NCBI GenBank assembly: GCA_903921205.1
Contig: CAIXPF010000032.1
Coordinates: 2,710-66,709, forward strand
Length of the DNA: 64,000 nt
From: an uncultured Acidimicrobiia bacterium
GTDB taxonomy: Bacteria; Actinomycetota; Acidimicrobiia; Acidimicrobiales; CAIXPF01
Reading direction: 5' to 3'
In this document: positions 8,382-19,368 of the stretch, piece by piece
Layout of the letters: each line of letters begins with the position of its first letter
How positions within the stretch are numbered: the stretch's first letter is position 1
Position numbers and translations under genes: made by a program
Notes under the pieces: generated by a model
Told to the model about the DNA's origin: nothing
Database searches by the model: none
Seen by the model: only the letters and a program-made list of their open reading frames with translations

Positions 8382-11066
8382 GTGAACGACGCGGTCCCGC
8401 TGCCCATCGACGCCGTGCTGGGCGAGATCGGCCGTGCCGTCACCGCCCGTCGCCGGGTGGTCGTCGCCGCCGAGCCGGGCTCGGGCAAGACCACCCGGGT
8501 CCCCACCACCGTGGCCGGGGTGGTCGGTGGCCGCGTGCTGGTGCTGGAGCCACGGCGGGTTGCGGCACGGGCAATGGCCCACTTCCTGGCCCGGCAACGG
8601 GACGAGCCGGTCGGCGGGTTCATCGGCCTCACCACCCGCGACGAACGTCGCACCAGTGCCCGCACCCGCATCGAGTTCGTCACCGAAGGGGTGCTCACCC
8701 GACGTCTGCAACGCGACCCCGAGCTCGCCGGGGTCGACGTGGTGATCTTCGACGAGTTCCACGAACGTTCCCTGCCCGCCGACACCGGGCTGGCGCTGGT
8801 GCTCGACACCGCCGGCAGCCTGCGGCCCGACCTCGCCGTGGTGGTGATGTCGGCCACCCTCGATGTCGCCGCCACCGCCGGGCTGCTCGGTGGGGCCGCA
8901 GTGGTGCGGGCCCCCGGCGCCGCCCACCCGGTCACGACCCGCTACCTCCCCATGGCCGCCACCAGCCCGATCGAGCCCGCCGTGGCAGAGGCCGTACGCC
9001 AGGCCCTCGACGAGGGTCCCGGCGACGTGCTGGTCTTCCTCGCCGGCGCGGCCGAGATCCGCCGGGTCGAGCAGCGTCTGGCCACGGTGCTGCCGTCCGC
9101 CGTCCGCGCCACCGTGGACATCCGACCGCTGCACGGGCAGCTGACCCCCACGGTGCAGGACCGCGCCCTGGCCCCCTCACCCGCCGGGCGACGCAAGGTC
9201 GTGCTGGCCACCAACATCGCCGAGACCAGCCTCACGGTCGACGGGGTCCGGGCCGTGGTCGACAGCGGCCTGGTCCGGCGGGTCCGCACCAGCCGGGCGG
9301 GTGAGGGAACCGGTCGTTTCGGACAGCTCGTCACCGAGCGGGTCAGCCAGGCCGAGGCCGACCAACGCCGCGGACGTGCCGCAAGGCAGGGACCGGGCCG
9401 TTGCTACCGCCTGTGGGCCGAACGCGACCAGGCCGGTCTGCGACCGGCGCCCCGGCCGGAGATCCTCGAGTCGGACCTGTCCGGCCTGGCCCTCGACCTC
9501 GCCGGCTGGGGCATCGCGGACCCTGGGGCGCTCGCCTGGCTGGACCCACCGCCTCCCGATGCCCTCGACGAGGGCCGGCGAACCTTGCGCAGCCTGGGCC
9601 TGCTCGAGCCGTCCGGCCGGCTCACCGCCGACGGGCGGGCCGTGTTGCAGGTGGGCCTCGAACCGCGGCCCGGTGCGGTGGTACTGGCCGGCAATCGCCT
9701 CGGCGGGGAGGCACCCGGGCTCGCCGCGGTGCTCGCCGCGTTGCTCGAGGAGGGCGACGTGTTCACCGGTGGGCCGGGTCGCCGCTCCGCCGACCTCGGA
9801 CTGCGACTCGACGCCGTCCTCGGACCAGGACGGACCGGCGGCGCGCTACCCCCGGGGATCGACCTGCAGTACGCCCGCCGCGACCGGGTCAGGGCACGCG
9901 CGGCACGTATCGCCGAGCGCGCCCGTCGACTCGCACAGACCCAGCATCCGGACCCATCCGGCCGCCCGGACCCGCCCGTGCGTGGCGATGCCGCCGACCG
10001 GCCCGACCGGCCCGACCGGCCCGACCGCACCGACGACGTCGTCGCCGGCTTGCTGTTGGCCGGGCTGAGCGATCGTCTGGCCCACCGCCGGCCCGACGGC
10101 AGCGGCCGCTTCGCCCTGCGTCACGGTGGCGGGGCCCGCGTCGACGCGGCCGATCCGCTGGCCCGCGCCGCCTTCATCGTGGTGGCCGACGCCGGCGGCC
10201 CGGCACCGGCCGGGCCGACACCCGGATCGGGCACCGGCCGGCAGCAGGCCACGGGCCCGTCCGGCGCAGACCTCGTGGCCCGGCTGGCCTTTGAGATACC
10301 GGTCAGCATGTTGCCGACGGGCGAGCGCGTCGTCACCGTGCGATGGGACCCGACGATCGGTGACGGCGGCGACGTCTCGGCGCGGCTCGAGGAGCGCCTC
10401 GATGCCCTGGTGCTCAGTTCGGGCCCGCTCGCGCTCGGTGAGCTCCGACCGGCCGAGGCAGGCCCCGCCCTGTTCGAGGGGATCCGCCGCCATGGCCTCA
10501 AGCTGCTCGGTCACGCCGCCGAGGCCGAGTCGCTGCGCCTGCGCATTGCCTTCTGCCGCCGGCTGATGCCCGAGCAGAGCTGGCCCGACCTCGGCGACGA
10601 GGCCCTCCTCGGCTCGCTCGAGGACTGGCTCACCCCGTGGCTGGGCGGGGCCCGGCGTCGGCGCGACCTCGCGGCGATCGACCTGCGTGAGGTGGTCACG
10701 TCGCTGCTCGACCCGGCCGCCCGCCGAGCCGTCGACCGGCTGGCCCCGGCCCGGATGTCCGTGCCGACCGGTCGGTCGGTGGCCATCGACTACGGCGCCG
10801 AGCGGCCCACCCTGGCCGTCAAGCTGCAGGAGCTGTTCGGCCTGCGAGCCCTGCCGGCGTTGGCCGAGGGCCGCGAGCGGCTCGTGGTGCAGCTGTTGTC
10901 GCCCGCCGGGCGGCCGGTCGCGGTCACCGACGATCTCGAACGGTTCTGGACCGGCGCGTACCAGCAGGTACGGGCCGAGCTGCGCGGGCGTTACCCGCGG
11001 CATCCCTGGCCCACCGACCCGCTGTCGGCTCAACCCACCGCGGCCACCAACCGGCGCTCGCGCTGA
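8382..11066 (+). CDS. hrpB: ATP-dependent DEAH-box helicase HrpB
   Basis: GSGKTT Walker A, DEFHERS, SATL and TNIAETSLT motifs, with a long HrpB-type C-terminal domain. Contains a DRPDRPDRPDRT insert encoded by a 9-bp repeat at 9996-10031. Confidence 0.85.
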   Translation: MNDAVPLPIDAVLGEIGRAVTARRRVVVAAEPGSGKTTRVPTTVAGVVGGRVLVLEPRRVAARAMAHFLARQRDEPVGGFIGLTTRDERRTSARTRIEFVTEGVLTRRLQRDPELAGVDVVIFDEFHERSLPADTGLALVLDTAGSLRPDLAVVVMSATLDVAATAGLLGGAAVVRAPGAAHPVTTRYLPMAATSPIEPAVAEAVRQALDEGPGDVLVFLAGAAEIRRVEQRLATVLPSAVRATVDIRPLHGQLTPTVQDRALAPSPAGRRKVVLATNIAETSLTVDGVRAVVDSGLVRRVRTSRAGEGTGRFGQLVTERVSQAEADQRRGRAARQGPGRCYRLWAERDQAGLRPAPRPEILESDLSGLALDLAGWGIADPGALAWLDPPPPDALDEGRRTLRSLGLLEPSGRLTADGRAVLQVGLEPRPGAVVLAGNRLGGEAPGLAAVLAALLEEGDVFTGGPGRRSADLGLRLDAVLGPGRTGGALPPGIDLQYARRDRVRARAARIAERARRLAQTQHPDPSGRPDPPVRGDAADRPDRPDRPDRTDDVVAGLLLAGLSDRLAHRRPDGSGRFALRHGGGARVDAADPLARAAFIVVADAGGPAPAGPTPGSGTGRQQATGPSGADLVARLAFEIPVSMLPTGERVVTVRWDPTIGDGGDVSARLEERLDALVLSSGPLALGELRPAEAGPALFEGIRRHGLKLLGHAAEAESLRLRIAFCRRLMPEQSWPDLGDEALLGSLEDWLTPWLGGARRRRDLAAIDLREVVTSLLDPAARRAVDRLAPARMSVPTGRSVAIDYGAERPTLAVKLQELFGLRALPALAEGRERLVVQLLSPAGRPVAVTDDLERFWTGAYQQVRAELRGRYPRHPWPTDPLSAQPTAATNRRSR

Positions 11067-11090
11067 CCTCCGCAGGGCACGGCCGGTCGG

Positions 11091-11096
11091 TAACGT
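11091..11096 (+). promoter_or_regulatory. -10 box TAACGT, 6 nt before GTG 11103
   Basis: TANNNT at leaderless spacing. Confidence 0.35.
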
Positions 11097-11102
11097 CGAC
11101 CT

Positions 11103-12956
11103 GTGCCCGAGTTCCCAACGGTCGGTGACGACGGCCGACACTGCGTCCCCACCTCCCCGGCCGGGCCCGACCGCGCCCGGCCCGACAGCGCCCGGCCCGG
11201 CCGGTTCCGGATCCGGATCCGCCGAGCGTTGGTCGTTCCGACGGCGATGGCACTGGCCGCGCTGGGGCTCGGGGCCTGTGTCGGCCCGGACGACCAGGGC
11301 TCCCTGCCCGAGCGGACGGCGACGTCACCGGCCGGCAGCCCGTTGCGCTGGAGTGCCTGCACCGGCGATGCAGACCTCGCCGGGCTGCAGTGCGCCACCC
11401 TCGCCGTCCCCATCGACCACGCCGACCCCGGCGGCGGCACCATCGAACTGGCCCTGGCGCGCCGTCCGGCGAGCGGCAAGTCCGGCGAACGGATCGGCTC
11501 GCTGGTGGTGAACCCCGGCGGCCCCGGCGCATCGGGCGTCGAGTTGGTCGGACAGCTGGCATCGGCCATGGACGACCGGGTTCTCGACCGCTTCGACCTC
11601 GTGGGCTTCGATCCACGCGGGGTGGACCGTTCCGCCAGGGTCTCCTGCATCGATGACAAGGCAACCGTCAACGCCCTCGACGGCGACCCGGACACCCCGG
11701 CCGAGATCGCGCAGGCCGTGGCCGTCCAGCGCACGGTCAGGGACACCTGCCTCACCCGCTACGGCGACGGTCTGGGGCATCTGTCCACTGCGTCCACCGC
11801 GGCCGACCTCGACCTGATCCGGGCCGCTCTCGGCGACGACAAGCTGACCTACCTCGGTTTCTCCTACGGCACCGAGATCGGGTCGGCCTACGCCACGCGC
11901 TACCCCGACCGCATCCGGGCGTTGGTGCTCGACGGGGCGGTTGCCCCCGACCTCGATCAGGTCGAGCTGGCCCGCACCCAGGCCGAGGGCTTCGAGCGGG
12001 CCTTCGCCAACTTCGCCGACCGCTGCCGCACCGACCGTCGCTGTGCGGCGGCACCGGACGCCCGTGCGCTCTACGAGCGGGTCCGATCCCGGGTGGAGCA
12101 GGGTCCGATCCCGGTGTCCCGCGCCGGCGAGGACCGCGACCTGGCCATCGGCGATTTCCAGATGGGCGTGGTGAGTGCGCTCTACGACCAGGCCCTGTGG
12201 GCGTACCTGGCCCGGGGTTTGGCCGAGGCCGCCGCCGGTGACGGGTCGACGATGCTTGCCCTGGCCGACCTCTACCACGATCGGGCCCCGGACGGCAGCT
12301 ACCCCAACAGCGAGGACGCCAACCTGGCCATCACCTGTGCCGACACCGCCGAACGCAACGACCGTGCCGACGCCGAGCGGTTGGCCGCCGAGTTCGCCCG
12401 GACCGCCCCCACCTTCGGCGCGCAGCTCGGCTGGTCGGCGATGTCCTGCGACGGTTGGCCGGCGCCGCAGGACGAGCGGCTGCCGGTCTCACTGGCCGGC
12501 GGCACCAAGGCGGGGTCGGACCGGGCGATCCTCGTCGTGGGGACCGTCAACGATCCCGCCACCCCCTACGCCTGGGCCCAGCGGCTGACCACAGCGCTGG
12601 CCCCGGCGGCCCAGCTGCTCACCTGGGAGGGCGAGGGCCACACGGCGTACCTGAAGTCCGACTGCGTCACCGACGCCGTGGACGCCTTCCTGCTGACCGC
12701 GAAGCGCCCGGCCGGCGGCACCCGCTGTGCGGCCGACACCGGCACCGACAACGCCTTCGCCGGCATCGCCCCCGAGCTACGCGAGGTCCTGCGCGGCGAC
12801 GGTGGCCTCACCGACGCGGTGGCCGACTGCGTGGCCCAGGAGGTCGCTGCCAAGATCGACCCGGCCGACCTGATCGGGCTCTACCAGGGCGAACTGTCCG
12901 ACGAACTGCAGGGCATCATCACCCGGGCCACCACCCGCTGCGTCAGCGGCCGCTGA
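11103..12956 (+). CDS. secreted S33-family alpha/beta hydrolase (tripeptidyl aminopeptidase-like) lipoprotein
   Basis: RIRRALV, a hydrophobic stretch and the lipobox LGAC. NPGGPGASG oxyanion motif, nucleophile GFSYGT and a TAP-like C-terminal GEGHT. Confidence 0.75.
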   Translation: MPEFPTVGDDGRHCVPTSPAGPDRARPDSARPGRFRIRIRRALVVPTAMALAALGLGACVGPDDQGSLPERTATSPAGSPLRWSACTGDADLAGLQCATLAVPIDHADPGGGTIELALARRPASGKSGERIGSLVVNPGGPGASGVELVGQLASAMDDRVLDRFDLVGFDPRGVDRSARVSCIDDKATVNALDGDPDTPAEIAQAVAVQRTVRDTCLTRYGDGLGHLSTASTAADLDLIRAALGDDKLTYLGFSYGTEIGSAYATRYPDRIRALVLDGAVAPDLDQVELARTQAEGFERAFANFADRCRTDRRCAAAPDARALYERVRSRVEQGPIPVSRAGEDRDLAIGDFQMGVVSALYDQALWAYLARGLAEAAAGDGSTMLALADLYHDRAPDGSYPNSEDANLAITCADTAERNDRADAERLAAEFARTAPTFGAQLGWSAMSCDGWPAPQDERLPVSLAGGTKAGSDRAILVVGTVNDPATPYAWAQRLTTALAPAAQLLTWEGEGHTAYLKSDCVTDAVDAFLLTAKRPAGGTRCAADTGTDNAFAGIAPELREVLRGDGGLTDAVADCVAQEVAAKIDPADLIGLYQGELSDELQGIITRATTRCVSGR

Positions 12957-13070
12957 CGCAGCGGCAACCCGGCATGCGCCCGACCACGGCACGCCGCGGC
13001 TGCGGCCCCACACACCCGGCTCTCGCGCACCCAGGTCTCGCGCACCCGGCCGGAGCGGCCCGGACGCGGC

Positions 13071-13114
13071 CGCTGCCCGCCCCCGGGCCGCCGAGGCGGT
13101 GGGGACGGGCAGCG
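13071..13114. terminator. GC-rich stem-loop (13 bp stem, one bulge) between convergent genes. Candidate bidirectional terminator
   Basis: CGCTGCCCGCCCC ... GGGGACGGGCAGCG inverted repeat. No clear U-tract. Confidence 0.4.
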
Positions 13115-13159
13115 TGAGGTCGGTTCCGCGATCCGCGGGGACCCTCCGGAGGGCGTCGC

Positions 13160-15808
13160 TCAGCGCGACAGTTGACGCAGCACGTAGCGCAGCACGCCGC
13201 CGTGGCGGTAGTACGACGCCTCGGTCGGGGTGTCGACCCGCACCCGTGCGGTGAAGGTGCGATCGCCGGCCTGGACGACCAGCTGCGTCGGGAACGCCGA
13301 GTTGGGGTCGCTGACCTCGGCCAGGCCCGCGATGGTGATGGTCTCCTCGCCGGTGAGACCGAGCGACGCCACCGACTCGCCGTCGAGGAACTGCAGGGGC
13401 AGTACGCCCATCCCGATCAGGTTGGACCGGTGGATCCGCTCGAAGCTCTCGGCGATGACCGCCCGCACGCCGAGCAGCGCCGTGCCCTTGGCGGCCCAGT
13501 CCCGCGACGAGCCCGACCCGTACTCCTTGCCGGCCAGCACCACCAGCGGGGTGCCCTCGGCGGCGTACTGCACGGCCGCGTCGTAGATCGGCACCACGTC
13601 GGGGTCGGGCAGGTGGCGGGTCACGCCGCCCTCCACCCCGGGAACCAGCTGGTTCTTGATGCGGATGTTGGCGAAGGTGCCGCGGATCATGACCTCGTGA
13701 TGGCCGCGACGGGCGCCGTACTGGTTGAAGTCGACCGGCTCGACGCCGCGCCCCTGCAGGTACAGACCTGCCGGTGAGCTGGCCCGGATGTTGCCGGCAG
13801 GCGAGATGTGGTCGGTGGTGACCGAGTCGCCGAGCACCGCCATGACCCGGGCGTTCACGATGTCGGTGAGCGGCGCCGGCTCGGCGGGCATGCCGTCGAA
13901 GTACGGGGCCCGAGCGATGTAGGTGGAGTCGTCGCTCCAGGCGAAGCGATCGCCGCTGGGGGCGGCGATGGCCTTCCAGCGGTCGTCGCCCTCGAACACC
14001 GCGCCGTACTCCCGTGCGAACTGCTCGGTGGTCACGTTGGCGGCCACCGTGTCGGCCACCTCGGCGCTGGTCGGCCAGATGTCGCGCAGGTACACCGGCC
14101 CGTCGGTGCCCTCACCGATGGGCTCGTTGTAGGGATCCCAGTCCATCGTTCCGGCCAGGGCGTAGGCCACCACCAGCGGCGGCGAAGCCAGGTAGTTCAG
14201 GCGCACGTCCGGGTTGACGCGGCCCTCGAAGTTCCGGTTGCCCGACAGCACCGCCGACACCGACAGGCCGGCCTCGTTGACCGCCTCGGAGACCTCGGCG
14301 GGCAGTGGCCCGGAGTTGCCGATGCAGGTGGTGCAGCCGAAGCCCACCAGGTTGAAGCCCAGCTCGTTGAGGGCGTCGAGCACGCCGGCCTGCTCGTAGT
14401 AGTCCATGACCACCTTCGAGCCGGGGGCCAGCGAGGTCTTGACCCAGGGCTTGCGCTGCAGGCCCTTCTCCACGGCCTTGCGGGCCACCAGACCGGCGGC
14501 GAGCATCACCGAGGGGTTGGAGGTGTTGGTGCAGCTGGTGATGGCGGCGATGGTCACCGCACCGTGATCGAGGGTCACCTGCTCGCCCGAGGCCAGCGTG
14601 ACCGAGGTCGGCGTGGACTGGGCCCCGGCCGAGGACAGGGCGCCGGCCAGTGCCGTCTTGGCCTCGTCGAGGCGGATGCGGTCCTGCGGCCGGGACGGGC
14701 CGGACAGCGAGGGCACCACGGTGCCCAGATCGAGCTCGACGGTCTCGGAGAACACCGGCTCGCGGCTGGGGTCGTGCCACAGGCCCTGTTCCTTGGCATA
14801 GGCCTCGACCAGGGCGACCTGCTCGGCCGGGCGACCCGACAGCCGCAGGAACCGCAGCGTCTCGTCGTCGATGGGGAACACGGTGATGGTCGAGCCGTAC
14901 TCGGGCGACATGTTGCCGATGGCCGCCCGGTTCTCGGCCGGGACCGAGGCGACGCCGGGGCCGAAGCACTCCACGAACTTGCCGACCACGCCGTGGCGGC
15001 GCAGCAGCTCGGTGACGGTGAGCAGCAGGTCGGTGGCGGTGGCGCCCTCGGGCAGCGCGCCGCTGAGCTTGAGGCCGACGACCTTGGGGATCAGCATCGG
15101 GATGGGCTGGCCCAGCATGGCCGCCTCGGCCTCGATGCCGCCCACACCCCAGCCGACCACGCCGATGCCGTTGACGGTCGGGGTGTGGCTGTCGGTGCCG
15201 ACCACCGTGTCGCAGAACGCCACGCCGTCACGGGCGATGACCACCTGCGAGAGGTACTCGAGGTTGACCTGGTGGCAGATGCCGGTGTTGGGCGGTACCA
15301 CCGAGAAGTTGCGGAACGCCTGCTGACCCCACTTCAGGAACTCGTAGCGTTCCCGGTTGCGCTGGAACTCGAGGTTGGCGTTGAGGTCGAAGGCGTTGTT
15401 GACCGCGAAGTGGTCGACCTGGATCGAGTGGTCGATGACCAGGTCGACGGGGACCAGCGGGTTGATCTTCTGGGGGTCGCCGCCGAGTCCGGCCATGGCA
15501 TCACGCATCGCGGCGAGGTCGACGACCGCCGGCACGCCGGTGAAGTCCTGCATGAGCACCCGGGCCGGGGTGAAGGCGATCTCCTGGTCGGGCTCCACGG
15601 TGGGATCCCACTTCGCCACGTTCTCGACGTCGGCGGCGGTGACCGCCACGCCGTCCTCGAAGCGCAGCAGGTTCTCGAGCAGCACCTTCATCGAGTAGGG
15701 CAGGCGGGCCACGTCGAAACGGGCGAGCGCGTCGAGGGCATAGATGTCGTAGGAGGTGCCGGCCACCGAGAGGGAACGACGGGCACCGAAGCTGTTGACC
15801 GCAGGCAT
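13160..15808 (-). CDS. acnA: aconitate hydratase A
   Basis: 882 aa. [13 protein letters not shown] start, Fe-S cluster cysteine region ([20 protein letters not shown]) and a swivel domain. Confidence 0.95.
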   Translation of the reverse strand: MPAVNSFGARRSLSVAGTSYDIYALDALARFDVARLPYSMKVLLENLLRFEDGVAVTAADVENVAKWDPTVEPDQEIAFTPARVLMQDFTGVPAVVDLAAMRDAMAGLGGDPQKINPLVPVDLVIDHSIQVDHFAVNNAFDLNANLEFQRNRERYEFLKWGQQAFRNFSVVPPNTGICHQVNLEYLSQVVIARDGVAFCDTVVGTDSHTPTVNGIGVVGWGVGGIEAEAAMLGQPIPMLIPKVVGLKLSGALPEGATATDLLLTVTELLRRHGVVGKFVECFGPGVASVPAENRAAIGNMSPEYGSTITVFPIDDETLRFLRLSGRPAEQVALVEAYAKEQGLWHDPSREPVFSETVELDLGTVVPSLSGPSRPQDRIRLDEAKTALAGALSSAGAQSTPTSVTLASGEQVTLDHGAVTIAAITSCTNTSNPSVMLAAGLVARKAVEKGLQRKPWVKTSLAPGSKVVMDYYEQAGVLDALNELGFNLVGFGCTTCIGNSGPLPAEVSEAVNEAGLSVSAVLSGNRNFEGRVNPDVRLNYLASPPLVVAYALAGTMDWDPYNEPIGEGTDGPVYLRDIWPTSAEVADTVAANVTTEQFAREYGAVFEGDDRWKAIAAPSGDRFAWSDDSTYIARAPYFDGMPAEPAPLTDIVNARVMAVLGDSVTTDHISPAGNIRASSPAGLYLQGRGVEPVDFNQYGARRGHHEVMIRGTFANIRIKNQLVPGVEGGVTRHLPDPDVVPIYDAAVQYAAEGTPLVVLAGKEYGSGSSRDWAAKGTALLGVRAVIAESFERIHRSNLIGMGVLPLQFLDGESVASLGLTGEETITIAGLAEVSDPNSAFPTQLVVQAGDRTFTARVRVDTPTEASYYRHGGVLRYVLRQLSR

Positions 15809-15816
15809 GGGCGCGA

Positions 15817-15822
15817 ACGCTA
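15817..15822 (-). promoter_or_regulatory. -10 box TAGCGT, 8 nt before ATG 15808 (acnA)
   Basis: TANNNT at leaderless spacing. Confidence 0.35.
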
Positions 15823-15889
15823 GCGGCCTGGTGCGCCCCGGCGCGCAACGACACAGCCGGAAGCGCCGTCACGAGGCCGGCCACCCGCG

Positions 15890-15895
15890 TAAGGT
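15890..15895 (+). promoter_or_regulatory. -10 box TAAGGT, 8 nt before ATG 15904
   Basis: TANNNT at leaderless spacing. Confidence 0.35.
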
Positions 15896-15903
15896 GCCCC
15901 GCC

Positions 15904-17952
15904 ATGACGAGGATCTTCGAGGGTCGCCGCGTGGTCGAGGTAGCCCGCGGTATCGCCGGCCCCTACGCCACCATGTTGCTCGCCGATCTCGGTGCCGACG
16001 TGATCAAGGTCGAATCCGCGGCGGACCCGTACCGGGCCGAGCCCGGCTTCCAGAGCCTCAACCGCAACAAGCGCTCGATCCGTGAGCTGGAGCTTGCCCC
16101 GCTCCTCGCCGGCGCGGACGTGATCGTGACCGACCGTCCCGGTACGGCGTGGCGGCTCCGGGCCTTCGCCCCGACCGCGGTGATCGTGTCGGTCGCACCG
16201 TGGGGTGAGCGTGGCCCGGCGGTCGAGGACCCGGCGTCACCGTCGTTGCTGGCCGCGGCCTGCGGGATGGCCTGGAACCAGCAGTCCTACACCGAGGGCC
16301 CGGTGCACCTGGTGCAGCCGCTGGTGTCCTACGCCACCGCCCCGCTCGCCGCCCTGGCCGCCGCTGCCGGGCTGCTGCTGCGCGACCGGACCGGCGCCGC
16401 CCCGACCTACGAGGTGTCCCAGGTGGCGGGGGCCGCGGCGTTCCAGCTCGAGCAGTTCCGCAACGGCGACCGGGTCGAGGACCGGGCAGGATCGGCACCG
16501 ATGGGGTCGAAGGGACGGGTGCCGGTCTACCGGCTGTTCCGCTGCGCCGACGACCGCTGGCTGTTCGTCGCCTGCGGCACCGTCCGCTTCTACGAGCGGC
16601 TGCTCGAGCTGATCGGCCGCCCGGAGCTGCGCCACGATCCCCGCCTGCCGTCCCCGCCCTGGGGTCTGATGTCGCTCGACGCGGTGGCGTTCATCGCCCC
16701 GTTGCTCGAGGCGGCGTTCGAGACCCGGACCCGCGACGAGTGGCTGCGCCTGCTGCGCGAGGCCGACATCCCGGTCCAACCGGTACAGAGCCGCGAGGAG
16801 TTCCTGGCCTCGTCGCTGAGCGTGAGCAACGAGCTCACCGTGCAGCTCGACCATCCCGAGCTCGGCCGGGTGCGCATCGGCGGCCGGCCGGTGCGGTTCG
16901 CCTCCGGCGACGGGTCGATCGAGCGCCGGGCCCCGTTGTGGGGCGAGCACGACGACGAGGTCCGTGCCGAGCCCGGCCGACCGGCGCCGGACCCCGAGCA
17001 CACCGCCTGGCCCGGCCAGGGAGGCCCGCCGCTCGACGGCGTCCGCGTGCTCGATCTCGCCTCGTTCATCGCCGGGCCGGTGGTCAGCCGGCACCTGGCC
17101 ATGCTCGGCGCCGACGTGATCAAGGTCGAGGCCCCCACCGGCGACCCGTTCCGGGCCTTCGGCGAGGCCTTCGCCGCCTGGAACCACGGCAAGCGCTCGA
17201 TCGCCCTGGACCTGACCACCGAGGCCGACCGGGCGATCCTGCACCGGCTGGTGGCCACCGCCGACGTCGTGACGGAGAACTTCCGGCCCGGGGTCGCGGC
17301 CCGGCTCGGCTGCGACTACGACACGTTGCGGGCCATCAACCCCGAGCTGATCTACCTGTCCTCCCCCGGGTACGGCGTCGACCCCGAGCTGGCCTCGGCC
17401 GCCGCCTTCGATCCCCTGCTTCAGGCCCTGTCCGGGGTCATGGACGCCCAGGGCGGCGATGACGAGCCGGTCTTCCTCACCCCGCCGTTGCACGACGTGA
17501 TGGCCCCGATGCTCGGGGCGTTCGGCGTGGTGGCGGCCCTGAACCATCGCCAGCGGGGCCATGGCGGACAGCGGGTGCTCACCTCGCTGGCCCACGCCGC
17601 GCTGGCCTGCCAGATGGCCGAGGTCACGCAGTACGAGGGGGCACCGCAGCCGCTGCGGGGCGGGTTCGACTTCAAAGGTCCGGGCCCGCACCTGGAGCTG
17701 GTCGAGACCGATCACGGCTGGGAGGCGGTGGACGGCCCCAACCGGGTCGCGGTGAACACCACCGGGTTGGTGAACAGCCCGCTGGCCACCGCCAACGAGC
17801 TCGTGGTCACCCACCACCACCCGACCTTCGGCACGGTGACCGCGTTCGGGCAGCTGGTGAAGGGTGCCGGCGGGCCGCCCGAACGGGGTCCGCTGCTCGA
17901 CGAGCACCGGGCCGAGATCCTCGCCGAACTCGACGCCGCGGCAGGGGCGTGA
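15904..17952 (+). CDS. tandem-duplicated family III (CaiB/BaiF) CoA-transferase, 682 aa
   Basis: There are two CaiB-like modules, each starting with the characteristic segment (RVVEVARGIAGPYATMLLADLGADVIKVE and VRVLDLASFIAGPVVSRHLAMLGADVIKVE). Confidence 0.8.
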   Translation: MTRIFEGRRVVEVARGIAGPYATMLLADLGADVIKVESAADPYRAEPGFQSLNRNKRSIRELELAPLLAGADVIVTDRPGTAWRLRAFAPTAVIVSVAPWGERGPAVEDPASPSLLAAACGMAWNQQSYTEGPVHLVQPLVSYATAPLAALAAAAGLLLRDRTGAAPTYEVSQVAGAAAFQLEQFRNGDRVEDRAGSAPMGSKGRVPVYRLFRCADDRWLFVACGTVRFYERLLELIGRPELRHDPRLPSPPWGLMSLDAVAFIAPLLEAAFETRTRDEWLRLLREADIPVQPVQSREEFLASSLSVSNELTVQLDHPELGRVRIGGRPVRFASGDGSIERRAPLWGEHDDEVRAEPGRPAPDPEHTAWPGQGGPPLDGVRVLDLASFIAGPVVSRHLAMLGADVIKVEAPTGDPFRAFGEAFAAWNHGKRSIALDLTTEADRAILHRLVATADVVTENFRPGVAARLGCDYDTLRAINPELIYLSSPGYGVDPELASAAAFDPLLQALSGVMDAQGGDDEPVFLTPPLHDVMAPMLGAFGVVAALNHRQRGHGGQRVLTSLAHAALACQMAEVTQYEGAPQPLRGGFDFKGPGPHLELVETDHGWEAVDGPNRVAVNTTGLVNSPLATANELVVTHHHPTFGTVTAFGQLVKGAGGPPERGPLLDEHRAEILAELDAAAGA

Positions 17953-18575
17953 CGGGCGAGGCGGGAACCGGCCCCCACCGGCAGGCCGGCGACGACGCGG
18001 CCGGGCACCGACCGGGCCGGCCGACCGTGGACTGGCTGATCGAACGGTTCGGGCTCACCCCGCTCGAGACCGAGGGCGGCCGGTTCCGCCAGGTCTGGCG
18101 CTCGCATCGCCACTGGCCCGGCAACGACAAGCCGGCCGGGACCGCCATCGTGTTCCTGCTGACCTCCGACCCCGGCGACTTCTCGGCGCTGCACCGCCTG
18201 CCCACCGATGAGGTGTGGCATCGCTATCTGGGCGACCCGGCCGTCCTGTTGCTGCTGCACCCCGACGGCAACAGCGAGACCGTCGTGCTCGGCGAGGACC
18301 TCGCAGCCGGGCAGCAGGTCTTCGCCGTCGTCCCGGCCGGCACCTGGATGGGCTGTTCCGTGCCCGCCGGCGGCCCCGACGGCTGGGCCCTGCTGGGCTG
18401 CACCCTCGCCCCGGGCTTCACGGTCGAGGACTACGAGGGCGGTGACCGCGACGACCTCGTGGCACATCATCCCGACCGAGCCGAGCACATCGAGGCCCTG
18501 ACCCGGCCCGGTGAACCGACCCGCATGGCGCCGACGGACCCGATCTCGGGTCAGCACGACCCGACAGCGGGCTGA
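17949..18575 (+). CDS. cupin (DUF985 family) protein
   Basis: LIERFGLTPLETEGGRFRQVW...LHRLPTDEVWH...GCTLAPGF matches the DUF985 cupin pattern. Its GTG overlaps the upstream stop (GTGA). Confidence 0.7.
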   Translation: MTGEAGTGPHRQAGDDAAGHRPGRPTVDWLIERFGLTPLETEGGRFRQVWRSHRHWPGNDKPAGTAIVFLLTSDPGDFSALHRLPTDEVWHRYLGDPAVLLLLHPDGNSETVVLGEDLAAGQQVFAVVPAGTWMGCSVPAGGPDGWALLGCTLAPGFTVEDYEGGDRDDLVAHHPDRAEHIEALTRPGEPTRMAPTDPISGQHDPTAG

Positions 18576-18587
18576 GGACCCTGCGGC

Positions 18588-19316
18588 TCAGGACGTCATC
18601 GCCCCGTCGACGAGGTACTCGTGGCCGCTGCAGTAGACGCTGTCGTCGGAGGCCAGGAACAGCACCAGCTTCGCCACGTCCTCGGCCGAGGCCGGCCGGC
18701 CGATCGGGATGCGCGGCACCAGGACGTCCCGCCAGTTCTCACCGACCTCGGTGATCATCTCGGTGTCGATGATCCCCGGGTGCACCGAGTTGACCCGCAC
18801 CCCGAACGGCGTCAGCTCCTGCGCCGCGGCCTTGGTCATGCCCCGGACCGCCCACTTCGATGCCCCGTAGGCGAAGGCGGTGCCCGCTCCACGCATGCCG
18901 GCGATCGAGCTGATGTTGATGATCGAGCCCGACCGCTGCTGCTTCATGGGTTCCGCCGCCGTCCGCATGCCGAGGAAGACACCGAGGGCGTTGACGTCCA
19001 TCACCTGATGCCACAGATCGACCGACGTCTCCGTCATGGGCACCACCCGGAAGATCCCGGCATTGTTGACCAGCACATCGAGCCGGCCGGCCTCGCCGAG
19101 CACCCAGCGCACCACCTCGACCCAGTCGGTCTCGCTGGTGACGTCGTGATGGCGGAAGCCGCCACCCACCGAGCGGGCCACAGCCTGCCCCGCCTCGTCG
19201 AGGACGTCGGTGACGAACACCTGCGCCCCCTCGCCGGCGAACAGCTGCGCCTCGGCCGCCCCCTGCCCGCGGGCGCCGCCGGTGATGAGGGTTACCTTGC
19301 CGTCGAGTCGAGCCAT
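18588..19316 (-). CDS. SDR family oxidoreductase (3-alpha/20-beta-hydroxysteroid dehydrogenase-like)
   Basis: TGGARGQG cofactor motif, NNAG, and the S...YxxxK catalytic triad (YGASK). Confidence 0.85.
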   Translation of the reverse strand: MARLDGKVTLITGGARGQGAAEAQLFAGEGAQVFVTDVLDEAGQAVARSVGGGFRHHDVTSETDWVEVVRWVLGEAGRLDVLVNNAGIFRVVPMTETSVDLWHQVMDVNALGVFLGMRTAAEPMKQQRSGSIINISSIAGMRGAGTAFAYGASKWAVRGMTKAAAQELTPFGVRVNSVHPGIIDTEMITEVGENWRDVLVPRIPIGRPASAEDVAKLVLFLASDDSVYCSGHEYLVDGAMTS

Positions 19317-19368
19317 GACCGGCGATCCTTGCAGACCGCTGCCCCGGTCGCCCGGGGGAGCGGCGACC

